64,000 bases of DNA from Octopus bimaculoides (Eukaryota), in NCBI RefSeq assembly GCF_001194135.2, contig NC_068981.1, forward strand, positions 59,894,381 to 59,958,380. Direction: 5' to 3'. Below the pieces are notes generated by a model. It searched no databases. It had not been told where the DNA came from and saw nothing but the letters and a program-made list of their open reading frames with translations. The position numbers and the translations under genes were made by a program. Each line of letters starts with the position of its first letter. Position 1 is the first letter of the stretch. Below, one piece after another: positions 1 through 12,603 of the stretch.

Positions 1-966
1 CTCTTTTCTTTTACTAGTTTTTCCTTTCCTTTTGTTTGATTTCCAGATGATTTACTACTCACACATGCACATGGATAAAAGAAAAATATAACTGCTTTCT
101 GAGTATATGAGATTCATTTCTTTTTTTTAGTCCACTTTGTTGAAAGTTTAAAGAATCGATGTCTTTTACTGTTATTTATTACCAATAAGCATATAACTCT
201 TAAACATTTAGTATTCAGATTACTCTGTCGAATGTAATGCTTATTTATTCGTATTGTTTTGAATTTATCATACTTTATCTCATAACTCCGAGATTTTGAT
301 TATGGGATTTTCTATACTTTTAGAATAACGTAGTCGAGTAAACGCGAGAGACCTCGTTGGCTTGATCATAAAACAAGTAGAATATTTGGGTCGAATATCG
401 TCATTTTAAATGCAAAAAGGATTATATCCACGAAATAATAAATGTAGTTAATTTCTGGTAATTAACTGGCTATTTCATGAATTTCAGTGTATAATAATCA
501 ATTTTATCGCTCTTTCCACATTAAGCGTTCAGATCCCATTTAGATTAACTCTGTTTTTCACCCTTCGGATTTTTTCTGTTAGTGTTAGTTTTCAGTTCTT
601 TTAATTTTGCTCGAATTGTTATCAGATATGTTGTGTTGATGGAGTTTTGTATACTAATTATGGAAAGGAAATTTATGTTCGCATTAAATTAATAAATAAA
701 AAAGTTAATAAATTTTAAAGTTTGCAACGTTTGGCTAATTTTAGCCACTCAAAAGCCACAGACGTTGGTATCCGTTCCCACAGTAACAAACCAAAATGTC
801 GTCTTCTTAAACTCCAGCTACGTGTATTGTCTGTACTTGTCTATTTTCTTTGACAAGTTCTTGTTTTCTGAACGTTTGTCCTAATTATTTGTGTCATGTT
901 CACCCGTGCTTTTTGATAACTTTCAACAGTGTTTCCTGGGACCATTTCAACTTAAATTAATCCCTT

Positions 967-1850
967 ATGACTACAGCCAACTCATTTAACCTTTCGAATA
1001 TCATAGAGAAATTGAAAGTCGAGGAAGACGCGGTTTCTTACTTGCAAGAGAAGGTTGTTATCCCTAAAAGAAAGTTATGTACTAAAAAACACTATATGCA
1101 CAAGAAGATTCGTCACGAGGAAATTTACTGGCAGTGTTCCCGGAAAGGATTCAACGAGTGTGTGTGTGGGGGTCAGAAAAACACTCGGCTGGAAGGTGCT
1201 TCCCTTCCTATTAGCATATTGCCTTTTTTACTTTACTCATGGATCAAGGTATTGATTTCAATCCTATTTTGTATTGAAGAACTGGGGATGAGCCACTGCA
1301 CAGCTGTTGATTACAACAGCTATGTTCGTGAAATAAGTGCGGAAGACTTCCTCCGCAACCCAGTCCAAAAGAGCAGCTCTGAGAAGATTGTTCAAATACA
1401 CGAAACAGTTTTTTTAAGGCATAAATATAATGGAAGAAGGGTCTTTGCTACATGAACAGTGTGTTTACGGAGGTGTGTTGCGAGGCCAGAAATATTTTTA
1501 TGTATGTGGTGCCATGTCGGAATCGCGATACACTAGAGGAATGTATACGTCAGTCAGTTCTTCCAGAAACCACAATTTTCAGTGAGTTGTGAAGGGCCTA
1601 CTGTCACATTCCTGAAATTGATGGTTGTAATTTTCGACATAGAACAGTGAACAACAGTGTTGAATTTATTAACTCAAAGTTGGTATCCACGCGCAACAAG
1701 TAGAACAAAGCACGTGGGTCTGTAAAACGATGGAATAAACAATGAATCCAACCTATGGAACCGACATTTCTATGGCTGACTCGTATTTCTGTGACATTTT
1801 GTGGCGTAGGAGTTAAGAAAATTGTAATTTATTTAAAGAGAAACTCGTAA
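967..1850 (+). mobile_element. Merlin (eukaryotic IS1595/ISXO2-like) DDE transposase pseudogene
   Basis: ORF 967-1455 has an N-terminal Cys/His zinc-finger-like region (C..KKH..WQCSRK) and ends IVQIHETVFLRHKYNGRRV, matching the Merlin VQIDE..RKYNRGR motif. Downstream broken frames give VPCRNRDTLEECIRQSVLPETTIFSE, AYCHI, HRTVNNSVEF and GIHAQQVE, matching the IS1595 core motifs (I.SD.W.AY; H.TVNHS..FV; G.HTQ.IE). Stops and frameshifts present; TIRs not found. Confidence 0.85.
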
Positions 1851-2899
1851 ACTGAATTTCAAACTTTGGTTTTTGAATTTTCGCTACAAAAATATAATAA
1901 TCTTAAATATTTACATGAACTGAACTACATTAACGTGCAGTTTGTATTTTTGTAATTTTTTTGCATGAAAATGAAGAAAACATTCATGCCTGTTCCAACA
2001 TTTCACATCATTTTATTCATTAAAACTTATAACTTCAAAATTCTTACACGTTTGTCGCCGTAATGCGATCATAGACAACAATCACGTACAAAACGCCAGC
2101 TTCTAAATCCTGTTTTCTGATTCGGTTAAAATGATCAAACTTCAACTCTCTGTAACATTTTTCTGAATCAATTTTTCGGGAACAAGTGAATATCAAAATC
2201 AGATTCAGCATAAAATATGATATCTTTATACCAAATTTGAAAATTTTCACTTAATTTTAAAATTTCGAAAACTATGACAGCAACAGAAAAGATTCCATCT
2301 TTCTGACGTCAATAAAATCAATGTTAATCTTTATTTGGTTTAGTTCCATTTATTGTTTTTCTCTTCTCGAAATATATGACCTTTGTTAAAGCACTATGCA
2401 CATTAAACTATTTACAGTCCACAATACTTACTAAGAATATGAATATGTTTGTTTTTGGTGTGAGAAAATTTTGTAATATTTGAATAGCTTACCCTCACCT
2501 CATAAAGTTACAACATTTAATGCCCTTTCCTTTTAAGATTAGCGTATAATTTAATGAAGATTTGACTGCTATTTTCTCGCAAGTCGAACTATCACGTCGA
2601 TGGGTATATTTCTGTCTCCGGTGTTTTGACATAAGTTATAAATCAATTGCTCTATTAGTTAGTAGCAAGAACCTCAATACAGTTTCTGCTACTCATTACA
2701 GAATTATGTAAAACTCTCTGGTGTCCATTTCATAAATTTTGCTACCATTAAAAGGAATATAGTGTGACAGAATTTGCATATTTTTCCTGTCATATATCCT
2801 ACATTTGCGTATTTGTAAGTTTTATTTTCAATGGAAACTTTACTGGATTCATGGTCGAATTTTATTGTTAGTGAGACATCGGTCACTTAACCCCAGAAG

Positions 2900-4630
2900 A
2901 ATTATATTAGTAAAGTAATCAAACATTTCAGATGATTTTGTTGTATCCGGTTATCTTCCTCTTTACCGGAAGGACTCTCGCAATCATATTGGGCGTCTTT
3001 GCTCGTGTCAATCTTCCCATCGTTCGTGACGAAGATTTTGAGGATCCTCCGCTGTCTTTCATGGGTTTTAGACATTCTCTTCTGCACTCAACTAGCTAAT
3101 TGTTCTTTCTCTATCATTCTCCATCTTCCAAAAATTGTTGTTATACGGTCTGTTTCTGACAGCATCGATAAGGCTCTCTTGTTTCATTACTGTGCTAATA
3201 TATTCATCTTTGGTGATTTCAATATGCACCATGAAGAGTGGCTTAAGTTTTCTCATAACATTAGTGCATCTGGCATTGAAGTGTATAATTTTGCACTTTC
3301 TCAATCGCTCACACAACTCGTTGATTTTCCTATTCGCATTCGTGATTATGATGACCAATCTACCTCCCTCCTTCATCTTCTTTTGGCATTAAATCCTGAT
3401 ATCTGTAAGGTTTGTCATGATTCTCTACTCGAGGGATCTGATCATGTTGTTGTTTCAGTTGACGTTTTACTTCCAAGGGGTCTCCTCTTCATCGTACTCT
3501 ATTCAGTTATGATCGTGATGACTGGAAAAATTTTCGCGACTTTCTTCGTGACGTTCCTTGGACCGATATTTTTGCTAAATCTGCTGAGGCCTGTGCTGGG
3601 GAAGCTACTATTGGGATTTACGTTAGTATTGACCCCTTCATACTATCTCGGAAATACTAGCTGAAACCGCATTCTTCACCCTTCTGCAGTAAATAAACAG
3701 ATTTTCACGAATGCTCGCAATCACTATGGGGCTGTTATTTGTGATGCTAAATCAGATAACGAGCAGCACATTCATGATCGTATATCATACTAGAAAGTAG
3801 GCATCGTAACTTTTGGAGAATTATTAAAAATGTTAGAGGTAACAATAAGTCTTCTATTCCTCCTTTATTCGACGGACCTGAGGTCTTGATAACATCAAAT
3901 GATAAAGCAGAGCTCTTTGCTCAACTGTTTAGTTTTCACTCTATTCTCAATAACTCTGGTCATCCAATCAAGGTTGTTCTTGATGGTCAATCTTCATTTA
4001 GTTATTCTATTAATGCTGGGGTTCCTCAAAGATCTGTCCTGGGCCCAAATATCTTTCTTCTTTTTATCAATGATCTGCCTGATCATATCCTCTATCAGCT
4101 AGTAAGCTGATAACTCTACTTTGTACTCTTGTTTGGACAAATCTAACGACTTGTCTGATGAGGTTGAGATCGCTGCAACCTTGAGAATGTTCTTCGATCT
4201 ATTATTGTTGAGTGAGGTAGGAAATGGCTTGTAATGTTCAATCTATCGAAAACTAAACCTCTTTCAATTAATCGCTTCAGACAGCCTTCCTTGCCATCGG
4301 TTTCGATGGATGGTATTGATTTACCTGAGAGTAGTTCTCTTCGTCTCCTAGGAGTGACTTTCTGTAATGATTTTTCTTGGAAGATTTACATTGAATTTGT
4401 TGCCAAATCGGCTGCTATGAAGATAGGCTTACCCCTTCGTTCGAGGGGTTATCTCACTCCTGAGACTATTCTTTATCTTTATAAGTACACCATTCTCCCT
4501 ACATTGAGTACTGTTGTCACATGTGGGCAGGTGCTCTTGCAGATTGCTTAACTCTGTTGGACCTCATTCAACGCCGTATTTGTAATGCTATTGGTCTTGA
4601 TATATCTTCTAAATTGGATCCACTCTCATC
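2900..4630 (+). mobile_element. CR1-group non-LTR retrotransposon ORF2 remnant (APE endonuclease plus RT C-terminal part, internally deleted)
   Basis: APE motifs FGDFNMHHEEWL, LTQLVDFPIR and GSDHVVVSV; linker ending KAELFAQLF; RT motif GVPQRSVLGP..FLLFINDL followed by a broken YADD; then FNLSKTK, RLLGVTF and EYCCHMWAG. Many stops and frameshifts. Confidence 0.9.
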
Positions 4631-5699
4631 GTTACTTCTGAAGAGAAAGGAAGGGACATACGATAATATATTCTGACATAATTCCAAGAAACGTGTTGGT
4701 CTTTGCTGGAAAGACTTTGTTTAAAGATATTCTTAATCAAACTTGAAGTGAGATTAAAAAACAACGTGTAGAAAACAAACTCCCGAGTAGTGGAGTGCTG
4801 GGAAGGAAAACCGATTAAGGGAAATGATTAATGCAAGTCCAAGTCGCTCGGACTCATTAAAATGACAAAAAGAGAGATTGTTGTTTTTAGCGGGTTTGAG
4901 TGAAGGTGATATGCAAAGGGTTATTCAGGTAATCAAAGATTCTAATAGTAATGATATTAGTCGGGCCAGAATTCAATAATTTCTTTATAATATTTAATGT
5001 ATTTTGATGCATCTAATAATCATCTCACATCTAACATATCTTATTATATCGGGCAAGTTAGCAAGGATCTTTAGGCAAGCCATTAGTTAAGTATTCACTT
5101 CTGCAGTTTGCGCTTCCAGAATTCTTTCTAAATTGAAACTAACATTTTTCTCATATTTGTTGTTGTTATTCTTCTGAGTAATCAGATTATTGTCGTTCTC
5201 ATAAAATGATGCTTCCGAAACTATACTATTAATGTGCCATTTTGGTTTAAGATGATAGCGAATGCTTTTAGTGAGAATTTGCTAATATTTCTAGGAGGCC
5301 AAAAGAGCATGTAGAAGCTCCCTCGTTGCCTTGTGTTCTTGCTATTCTTGCTGCTGCTGTCGTATTGTTGTTAGTGCTTGTAACTATAAATTAATCCTTA
5401 GAGAGACAGCCATGTGTTGACGCTTGCTTTTTGCTTTTAATTCTGTTATAATTACCAGTTTCAGTAAAACTGGGAATTTCCATCAACACCATCATTGAAT
5501 GAGCTATCTTGAAGGTATGACAAGCAAAAATACTTTAAAATTTATCTAAAATGATGATGAACTCAAATCGAAATATTATCACTTCGATTATACTGCAATT
5601 AAACAGTAAAACAACTGCAAATTCACTAAAGACATGTATTTACAATAGTAACACATGCATGAACTCCATGTGATCACTTGACCTGTTAGAAATAACAGC

Positions 5700-6660
5700 A
5701 GAATCTTCTTTAAAGCGTATTTGACTGTAGAGGATAAAGAAAGTGTATGAAAATGTAGAATTATATGCCACTAAAAGGTGCATTAATCGCAACTTAAAAA
5801 CCTTTGGTTATAGATTTGTTCGATCAGCGTTGATGTGAAGCTAATCATCGATAATATCAAAAATAATAAAAAAACAACAGTGTCAACTACAATTGCGAAA
5901 TTCAGTAGTGGCTTTTCCCAGAAGTGCCAGGTAATATAAAATTAGATACGAAGAGAATCCCAACGTCAGAAATAAACCATTTAAGTGTTCAAAGACTCCA
6001 TAAAAACAAGTGCAGTTCATTCTTGCAGTTGACGAAAACACTGATATTATTAAGTGCTCTCTATATGTATGGCTTTAATCCCCAGTGAAAAACAAAGGTC
6101 TAACAAAGTGATATTAGAACAGAACGGAAGCGCTGGAACGGTTCAGATCTATACAGTACTTGAGCTCTTTTATTTCCTAGTTAATATTCTCCGGTTCTGA
6201 TATTTATTTTGAAGACTGTGGGGAAGTGGTTTTGAAACTAACTCTGAGTGATAAGACCAAAACGGCTCAACTTGAAAACCTTAGTAGATAGATTAATGCA
6301 TGAGAGTAAAGTATAAGTAAGAAGGTTGTTTCAGTGTCCTGCTATTCTGATGGTCAAGGATAATTTAAAGTGCTTAAGGTGAACAGAGGTCATTGAAATG
6401 AAGAACTCTGCCTAAAGTGAAAATGGCACACTGCTTGATATTTTAGCGAGTCTGAAAATATAAAAAACACAGAAGAAACCACTGTGTCTGTATGGTAGGA
6501 CTTATGATACATTTCTGAAGAAGTATTTGCCAATCTTCCGAATGGTCACTTGGAGGTGAAGTATCGTGCATATAGCTAGTAACGTGGTGCGGAATAATAT
6601 AATGAGTTCTCTAATATGTGCCACACTTCACTCTTATATAGAAAATTTGCTGACGTTCAA
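5700..6660 (+). mobile_element. Highly decayed hAT (SPIN/GTF2IRD2-like) transposase remnant
   Basis: QFILAVDENTDI at ~6014-6050 resembles FSLALDESTDI. GSDLY at ~6140 resembles GTT.G.DL. A YSDGQG*FKVLK stretch at ~6345-6380 resembles Y.TEVRWLSRG.VLK. The motifs are in the correct order but heavily disrupted. Confidence 0.45.
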
Positions 6661-7404
6661 ATCTATAATTTCTTTTAACCTTTGATAGGAAGTCTGCTTT
6701 TTTAGTCTACATTATTATCAATGTCGTATATGACTACACATAATAAAATATTCTCAACATTGTGAAACCAAACTGTTGAGTATTTATTTGTTTCATAGTT
6801 TATGAATATGGATACACTGTAAGTGATGTTCAGTGATCGTAACCTGCTCTGTTGAAATAATGTGCAGAAAAATTCACTCGTAGCAAGTTATCAATAGTAA
6901 TTTATCTACAAATCATTCACCGATTAACAACAGCCTCGCCTGATGAGACGAAAATAAATATGTAGAAAAGAATAAAAAGGCGCGTTGTGAACTCCGAACT
7001 TAACAAGTATATGATCCAATATGTCAGATTCATAGTTCATAACTATTTTTATGAATGTTTTCAACTGTCAGTAAATTGGATAATCAGTCACTCGTTCGAA
7101 CATGAATTTACGAACTGAAGAATTGTTAGTCTGTAGGCGGCTATCAGTCAAAACTAGACAGAATTTTCACGTACGAAAACTGGAATAGATTGGCCTTTAC
7201 CCCTAGAAAATAGGATCATGTATTTGTTCGTGGAAGACATATTGGTATTGTGAAAAATGACTTATTTACTAGACTATGACACCTTAGTGAGCAGAATTAA
7301 GGAACAAAAAATAGAACCAACTGTTAATACGTGTTTAATGTTGTTGATAACAGGTCGTACAAAATGCTTAGCGAAACTTCTTCCGGTTTCAAATGCATTG
7401 AAAA

Positions 7405-7530
7405 TCGACTCTGCCTTTCATCCTTTCGGGGTCGATAAAATAAAGTACCAGTCAAGTGCTGGAGTCGTTAAAGTAGACTTCCGGTCCCCTCAAAATTGCT
7501 GGCCATGTGTCAAAATTAGAAGGGATATTA
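7405..7530 (+). mobile_element. 5'-truncated SINE (same family as 12417-12603 and 62828-63375)
   Basis: Shares gact..gcctttcatcctttcggggtcgataaa..aagtaccagt with the reverse complement of the other copies in this window. Confidence 0.75.
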
Positions 7531-9220
7531 ATAGTACTAAGTAAGCCATAATCAAGCAAACATATCGTCGAATGTGTTCCAGCCCCCACTATCCAGTAAT
7601 TTTGCGTCTCAGGGGCTGCATTGTACCATATGTTATTATTTTTCATGTCGGATTACTTCAAGAGATGAGTGGCTTCGATTTTTAGCACGTTAACTTTCTA
7701 TTTTACGGCTCCTTCATTAAATTGTTTCCCTTCTAAAACGGTAAAGAAGAGAGTTAGAGACTAGGCCGATGTGAAAAATTTAACACAACTTTAAATAATA
7801 TTCATTTAATTTAAAGTTTAAAGACGCTTGTGATTAGTTCAAAATGGAAATATTTCAAGAAAGAAATAACAAATAAAAAGAATACCCTTAATGATGCTAA
7901 CATTTATTAACATCTAAACTGACAATTTAGTTGTCATTAAACGTGCCATGCATATTCAAAGGAAGTTGGCGAGCACATCCGGGCGATATCCTTAGCTTGT
8001 CACCTTTAACTAATATCAGTACCACGAACAACAAACAACAAAAAGGGCAATAATAATGACGAGGAGGAGGAAGAGGTGGATTTTTGAATTTTGCTGTCAG
8101 AAGCTATATTTTTTTGTGTGAATGAAATTATCTAAGTTGTATCGTTGCCAACACTTGGCTGTTGTTCGTTTTACTGACACCGACAGAATGAAAGACAAAG
8201 AAAATGGTAATAATTTAGTAACATTTCTAATATTAATAATGAATCGTCACAAATTTTTAAGAACTGAGTGTAATAACTTAAATCGAAATAAATCATTATT
8301 ATGTATTTAGTCACGCGTACAGCTGTTATCCTATAGAAATGACGAGCAAAATCAACGACCTTGGAGTATATAAATAGACAAAATATATGAAAAACAAGTG
8401 GCGAAACTAAGTATATTGCATCATTATAATTATTTGAATCCAAGCAATTATACTTATTATCACATAAACTGTGAGTTGGTTGAAACAAGGGTGCTTTAGA
8501 TAACATTTTCAAGAACCTAGCGTCCATTGACGAAATAATGCGTCTAGATTCGACTTCTATTATGATTTGCTATATCTTTCTTCCTCTAATGAAAAGTACT
8601 TTTTTATCAAGACTTAATGTCTCTTTTCATTTGATATGGTTTGGTTGTTATTTAATTCAAGTACCGCGGAATAGCTCACCTCAGTACCGTTCGTAAGTTG
8701 TTCACTTGGGTGTTTCACCCTGGATTTCTGGTGATGGCTGATCGCATATACTCACAGACTCTGGTTTTCAATAAGACTAGTCGGACACCATATTTGTGAT
8801 ACTTAAGGAGATTCACATGGATTAGTTTGTGCATATGCGCAGCATAGAAGAACGTTGCATAAATATGTTTCTACTTTACAAACTGGCTTCAATGTGGCTT
8901 ATGTAACTGAGCTGTAAGATATTTGTGCAAAAAGATCTTCAATTCAAAGTACATTAAAAGTGAGTCATGGGAGGACATAGCATGAAAATGTTTATCCTGG
9001 AAACATATAAGGGCAGGGATTGAAAAATTAGTGGATTTTATATATCATTTGCAAGTACTAATATGACAAATGTGGATGAAGTCAGCTACACATGATGACT
9101 CAGACTTCATCGGTAATGAGTGCAATAAGGACTACCAGACACAATCATCGCATTCGATGCACCAGGATGATAAAAGCATACAAAAACAGAAGAGAATGGG
9201 AAAGATGACATTCCTATTAT

Positions 9221-9225
<5 letters not shown>

Positions 9226-9257
<32 letters not shown>

Positions 9258-9288
9258 TGTGTGTGTGTGTATTAGAGAGAGAGAGAGA
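9226..9288. repeat. Compound (GA)n(GT)n(GA)n microsatellite
   Basis: Seen directly. Confidence 0.95.
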
Positions 9289-10996
9289 CCGACGACAATG
9301 GCGATGTGACACTCTTTCTGTTATAGGTGTGACAGTTGGAAGAGATTCCAATAAAAATGATGAGAAACAAAATGGAAATATTTTGCGATTTTGAAAAATT
9401 TACCCAAATGGTAGTAATGAAAAAAAATTATCATTAATATAAAAATAAGACATAAAATATTAATTACAGAGTTGACATATATGAAAATGACTGCTATAAA
9501 GATTCGTCAAACAAACCCCAACTCTCTTGTGACCATTTGCTCATCATCACCCCAAGAGTTTGACACACTAATAGCAAAAAAAAACAAAACAAACAAACAA
9601 ACAAACAAAAACAAAAGAAACATTCTATGAAGTGAAGCAATTACAGTTTATTGATTTCTCCACCACATATGCACCGACACAAATATGTGAAAAAACACTC
9701 ATTTAATTCACAAGGCTTCCAGTCAGTGCAACACTACCGTATAACATGAAAATATACAACCTAAATTACAAAAATTAAACAATCAACGATACAAAATACA
9801 GGAACGATCTCAAACACTGCAAACATAATATAAAGTAGGAGTAAAAATCAGTATCAAGAAGCTATATGAAAAGAAAAACAAAGAGAAACAGAAAGCTGTC
9901 AAGCATGTCTTCGACAAGGATTATAAAACCTAAGCAAAACAAAGCATTATATAAAACAAGTAGAATCAACAACTTTTACATCAATCACAATAAATTATAT
10001 GTTAAAACAGCAATTTGAAGTTATCTCTGCAATTTATTAATTTGTTTCTTTTTATTATTTGAGTTATTGAGCTTCTGTTACGTCGGGGAACTGTCTTGCA
10101 ATGTAAATACACTACTCAACATATCTTTAAGTAAACTTATGTAAACCACAATAACAGCACACTCAGAATAGAATCTTAAATCATTCAGTTTCTTTTCCGA
10201 CGTCGAATACGTGTTATTTTGAATTTTCCACTTTTAGTGCCTACATGGCCATATTGAGAGAAGAGCGCATGACTGCATACGGTCCATGGTGTGTATGAAA
10301 GAAGCAGATTACTAATTTTATGACTTCATATCACTAGATATAGATATGTAGATAAACAAGATCAGGACTGATCAGATGTGTGCACTCGTGCTTCTAGAGG
10401 TGTTTACCTAATTCGATTGCTTGAAATTAGTGTAGTGTGACAGTATTGTTTCTGTAAATTCTGAATCTCAAGTTCATAACGAGCGTTTTGGACGTTAATC
10501 ATAAATTGGTGGTTCTGAACGTGAATGTAATTGAAGGTAGTATCTTCGCACGATTCACTAAGTTTATCCTAATGAAGCTGAATAGATTCTGCTAGGAACA
10601 TCCTGTTCATAAATATTTTGGAACAATTGGAATATCTTTTTCATCATACGTTGTGATGATGTGGGAGTAATCTCCAGACCTACCAAGTTAGTTCCAGCTG
10701 TCTGACATGTATCGATTTCATTTAACAAGTGTGCTAACGAGGATTTAGACAAAGCTGATCGGGTCGTCCAGGTCGTATTTAAGTAGAGCATTTTAAGCAG
10801 TAGCGTACATTTCCAGATTGGATAGAAGCAAAAATAAAATAATGTAATAAAAATGAATAAACAATTAAAAGGAAGAGAGCAGAATGTAATGCAATTNNNN
10901 NNNNNNNNNNNNNNNNNNNNNNNNNNNNNNNNNNNNNNNNNNNNNNNNNNNNNNNNNNNNNNNNNNNNNNNNNNNNNNNNNNNNNNNNNNNNNNNN

Positions 10997-11638
10997 TGCA
11001 TAACACTTGGAACTGCACAGAACCATCTATCATTTCTTTTGTTAACGTTTTGATCTAGATGGAAGTTATTTTCGTTTGAGAAAAAATACAAATGAAATCT
11101 TTTTCTGCTGGATTTTCAGTTTGTTTAAGAGCCTTTTAGATCTGATGCAGTGATTTTCATTTGCTATTTCTGACAAATTTACCTTTCCTCATCATATAAG
11201 ACATATATCTGATGTCTTTGTGGACAACATTTCTAACTGTTCCTTCTGACACATGGAGATCTTTTGCAATTGACCTCATCGACTTTCTTGGATTGTAATT
11301 AATGGTCTGTTAAACTTGCTGGATAAATTCAAGTGTTCTGATTATTTCAGAGCATGTAGAATGCTTTTTAAGCTTTGATACTGGTGATACATGTCCATCT
11401 TCAGTCTCTAGTTCCTTACAAACTTTGTAGATGAAATATCTGGCAACTTTTAAAAATTGAGATATTTCACAATCGTTATTCTCAGCCTATATAACCACAA
11501 TAACAGCATGCCTCTTCATTTCTTGAGTAAGCTGAGAGTCTGCCATTATTATTTTCTGAAACAAAGATTATATAGAGTTAGGAAAAAATGTAACAATGAC
11601 CCCAAAAAGATATGTCCTCAAATACTTTACGCACCCTG
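10997..11638 (-). mobile_element. Tc1/mariner (maT/DD37D-like) transposon, 5' half, pseudogenised, running into an assembly gap
   Basis: The minus strand begins TA|CAGGGTGCGTAAAGTATTTG (TA target plus TIR-like end at 11638). From the ATG at 11546 it reads MADSQLTQEMKRHAVIV..., NPRKSMRSIAKDLHVSEGTVRNVVHKDIRY (HTH) and FSNENNFHLDQNVNKRNDRW (first catalytic region, FSDE.NF). Two stops and frameshifts. Confidence 0.88.
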
Positions 11639-12416
11639 TATATACACATAGAAAAAATCCCTAGGCTTTAGAAGTTTCATTGAAAAGATGAGAGAGAGTA
11701 CAAACATTTTCAAACCGTTTTGTATAATTATGAAATAGTCAGTGTTAATTAAAATGTTTTCTGACCATGATTTGCTTTATTTTGTTATGCTTTACAAATA
11801 ATTATATTAACTCATATGTTTTTCTTTTATATTGTCACTGATTCAATTATAATTATAGAATGATATTTTCCTTTAGGATGTCAAATACATTTGTGTATTT
11901 CCAATATAGCTGGTGTTTTTCAATACTTTTCGCTAGATACTGAATGCATTAAATTTTTGGTTAAAACGACTTCGCCTAAAAACTTCTGTTATTGTACATT
12001 TTGGTATTGCATATACTACCAAACAGCCTATGAAACATCTTCTGTGCATATCGATTCACTGTTTAGACGAACGTAACAAGTTTCTTGGCATTAAGATCAA
12101 GTTCAGAATCCTATTTTGATCCTTACTAAAAGATGTTTTCTACGTGTATTTTTCCGATACCATCCAAGAAAATGAATAGTTGCAAAACTTTCTTTCTTTC
12201 TTCTTAACATATACAGAAATGTATAAAAATGTTGTTACTCAATAAGTTTGATTTACATGAAAACAAGCTCCATAAAATGAAAATTTGAAATATATAACGA
12301 AGTTAGAATTAAAAGGTATTCTATTTTCCTAAACAAAGAAAGAATTTGTAATTAGACAGCCTTAAAAATAGTAATTAATTTAAAACTAAAAAAATATTAT
12401 ATTATTTTCTCCTCTA

Positions 12417-12603
12417 GCCACAAGGCCCAAAAGTTTAGGGGAGGAAGGCAGTCGATTAGATCGACCCCAGTACACAACTGGTACTTAATTTACCAACCCC
12501 GAAAGGATGAAAAGCAAAGTCGACCTTAGCGGAATTTGAACTCAGAACGTAAAGACAGGTGAAATACTGCTAAGCATTTCGCATGGCGTGCTAACGTTTC
12601 TGT
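12417..12603 (-). mobile_element. tRNA-derived SINE
   Basis: The reverse complement contains a B-box-like gagttcaaattcc and is homologous to 7405-7530, 62828-63035 and 63206-63375. Confidence 0.85.

Noticed and set aside
2702-2814. Good acceptor (cattacag) and donor (GTAAGT) pair on the plus strand
   Set aside because: All three frames contain stops; no support as a coding exon.
4680-5300. Possible extremely decayed Penelope RT on the minus strand
   Set aside because: Only vague resemblance; no diagnostic motif could be recovered.
6940-6953. CTGATGAGACGAAA, a hammerhead-like core
   Set aside because: Stem II would be only G-A-C, and there is no stem III, UH site or stem I pairing; likely chance.
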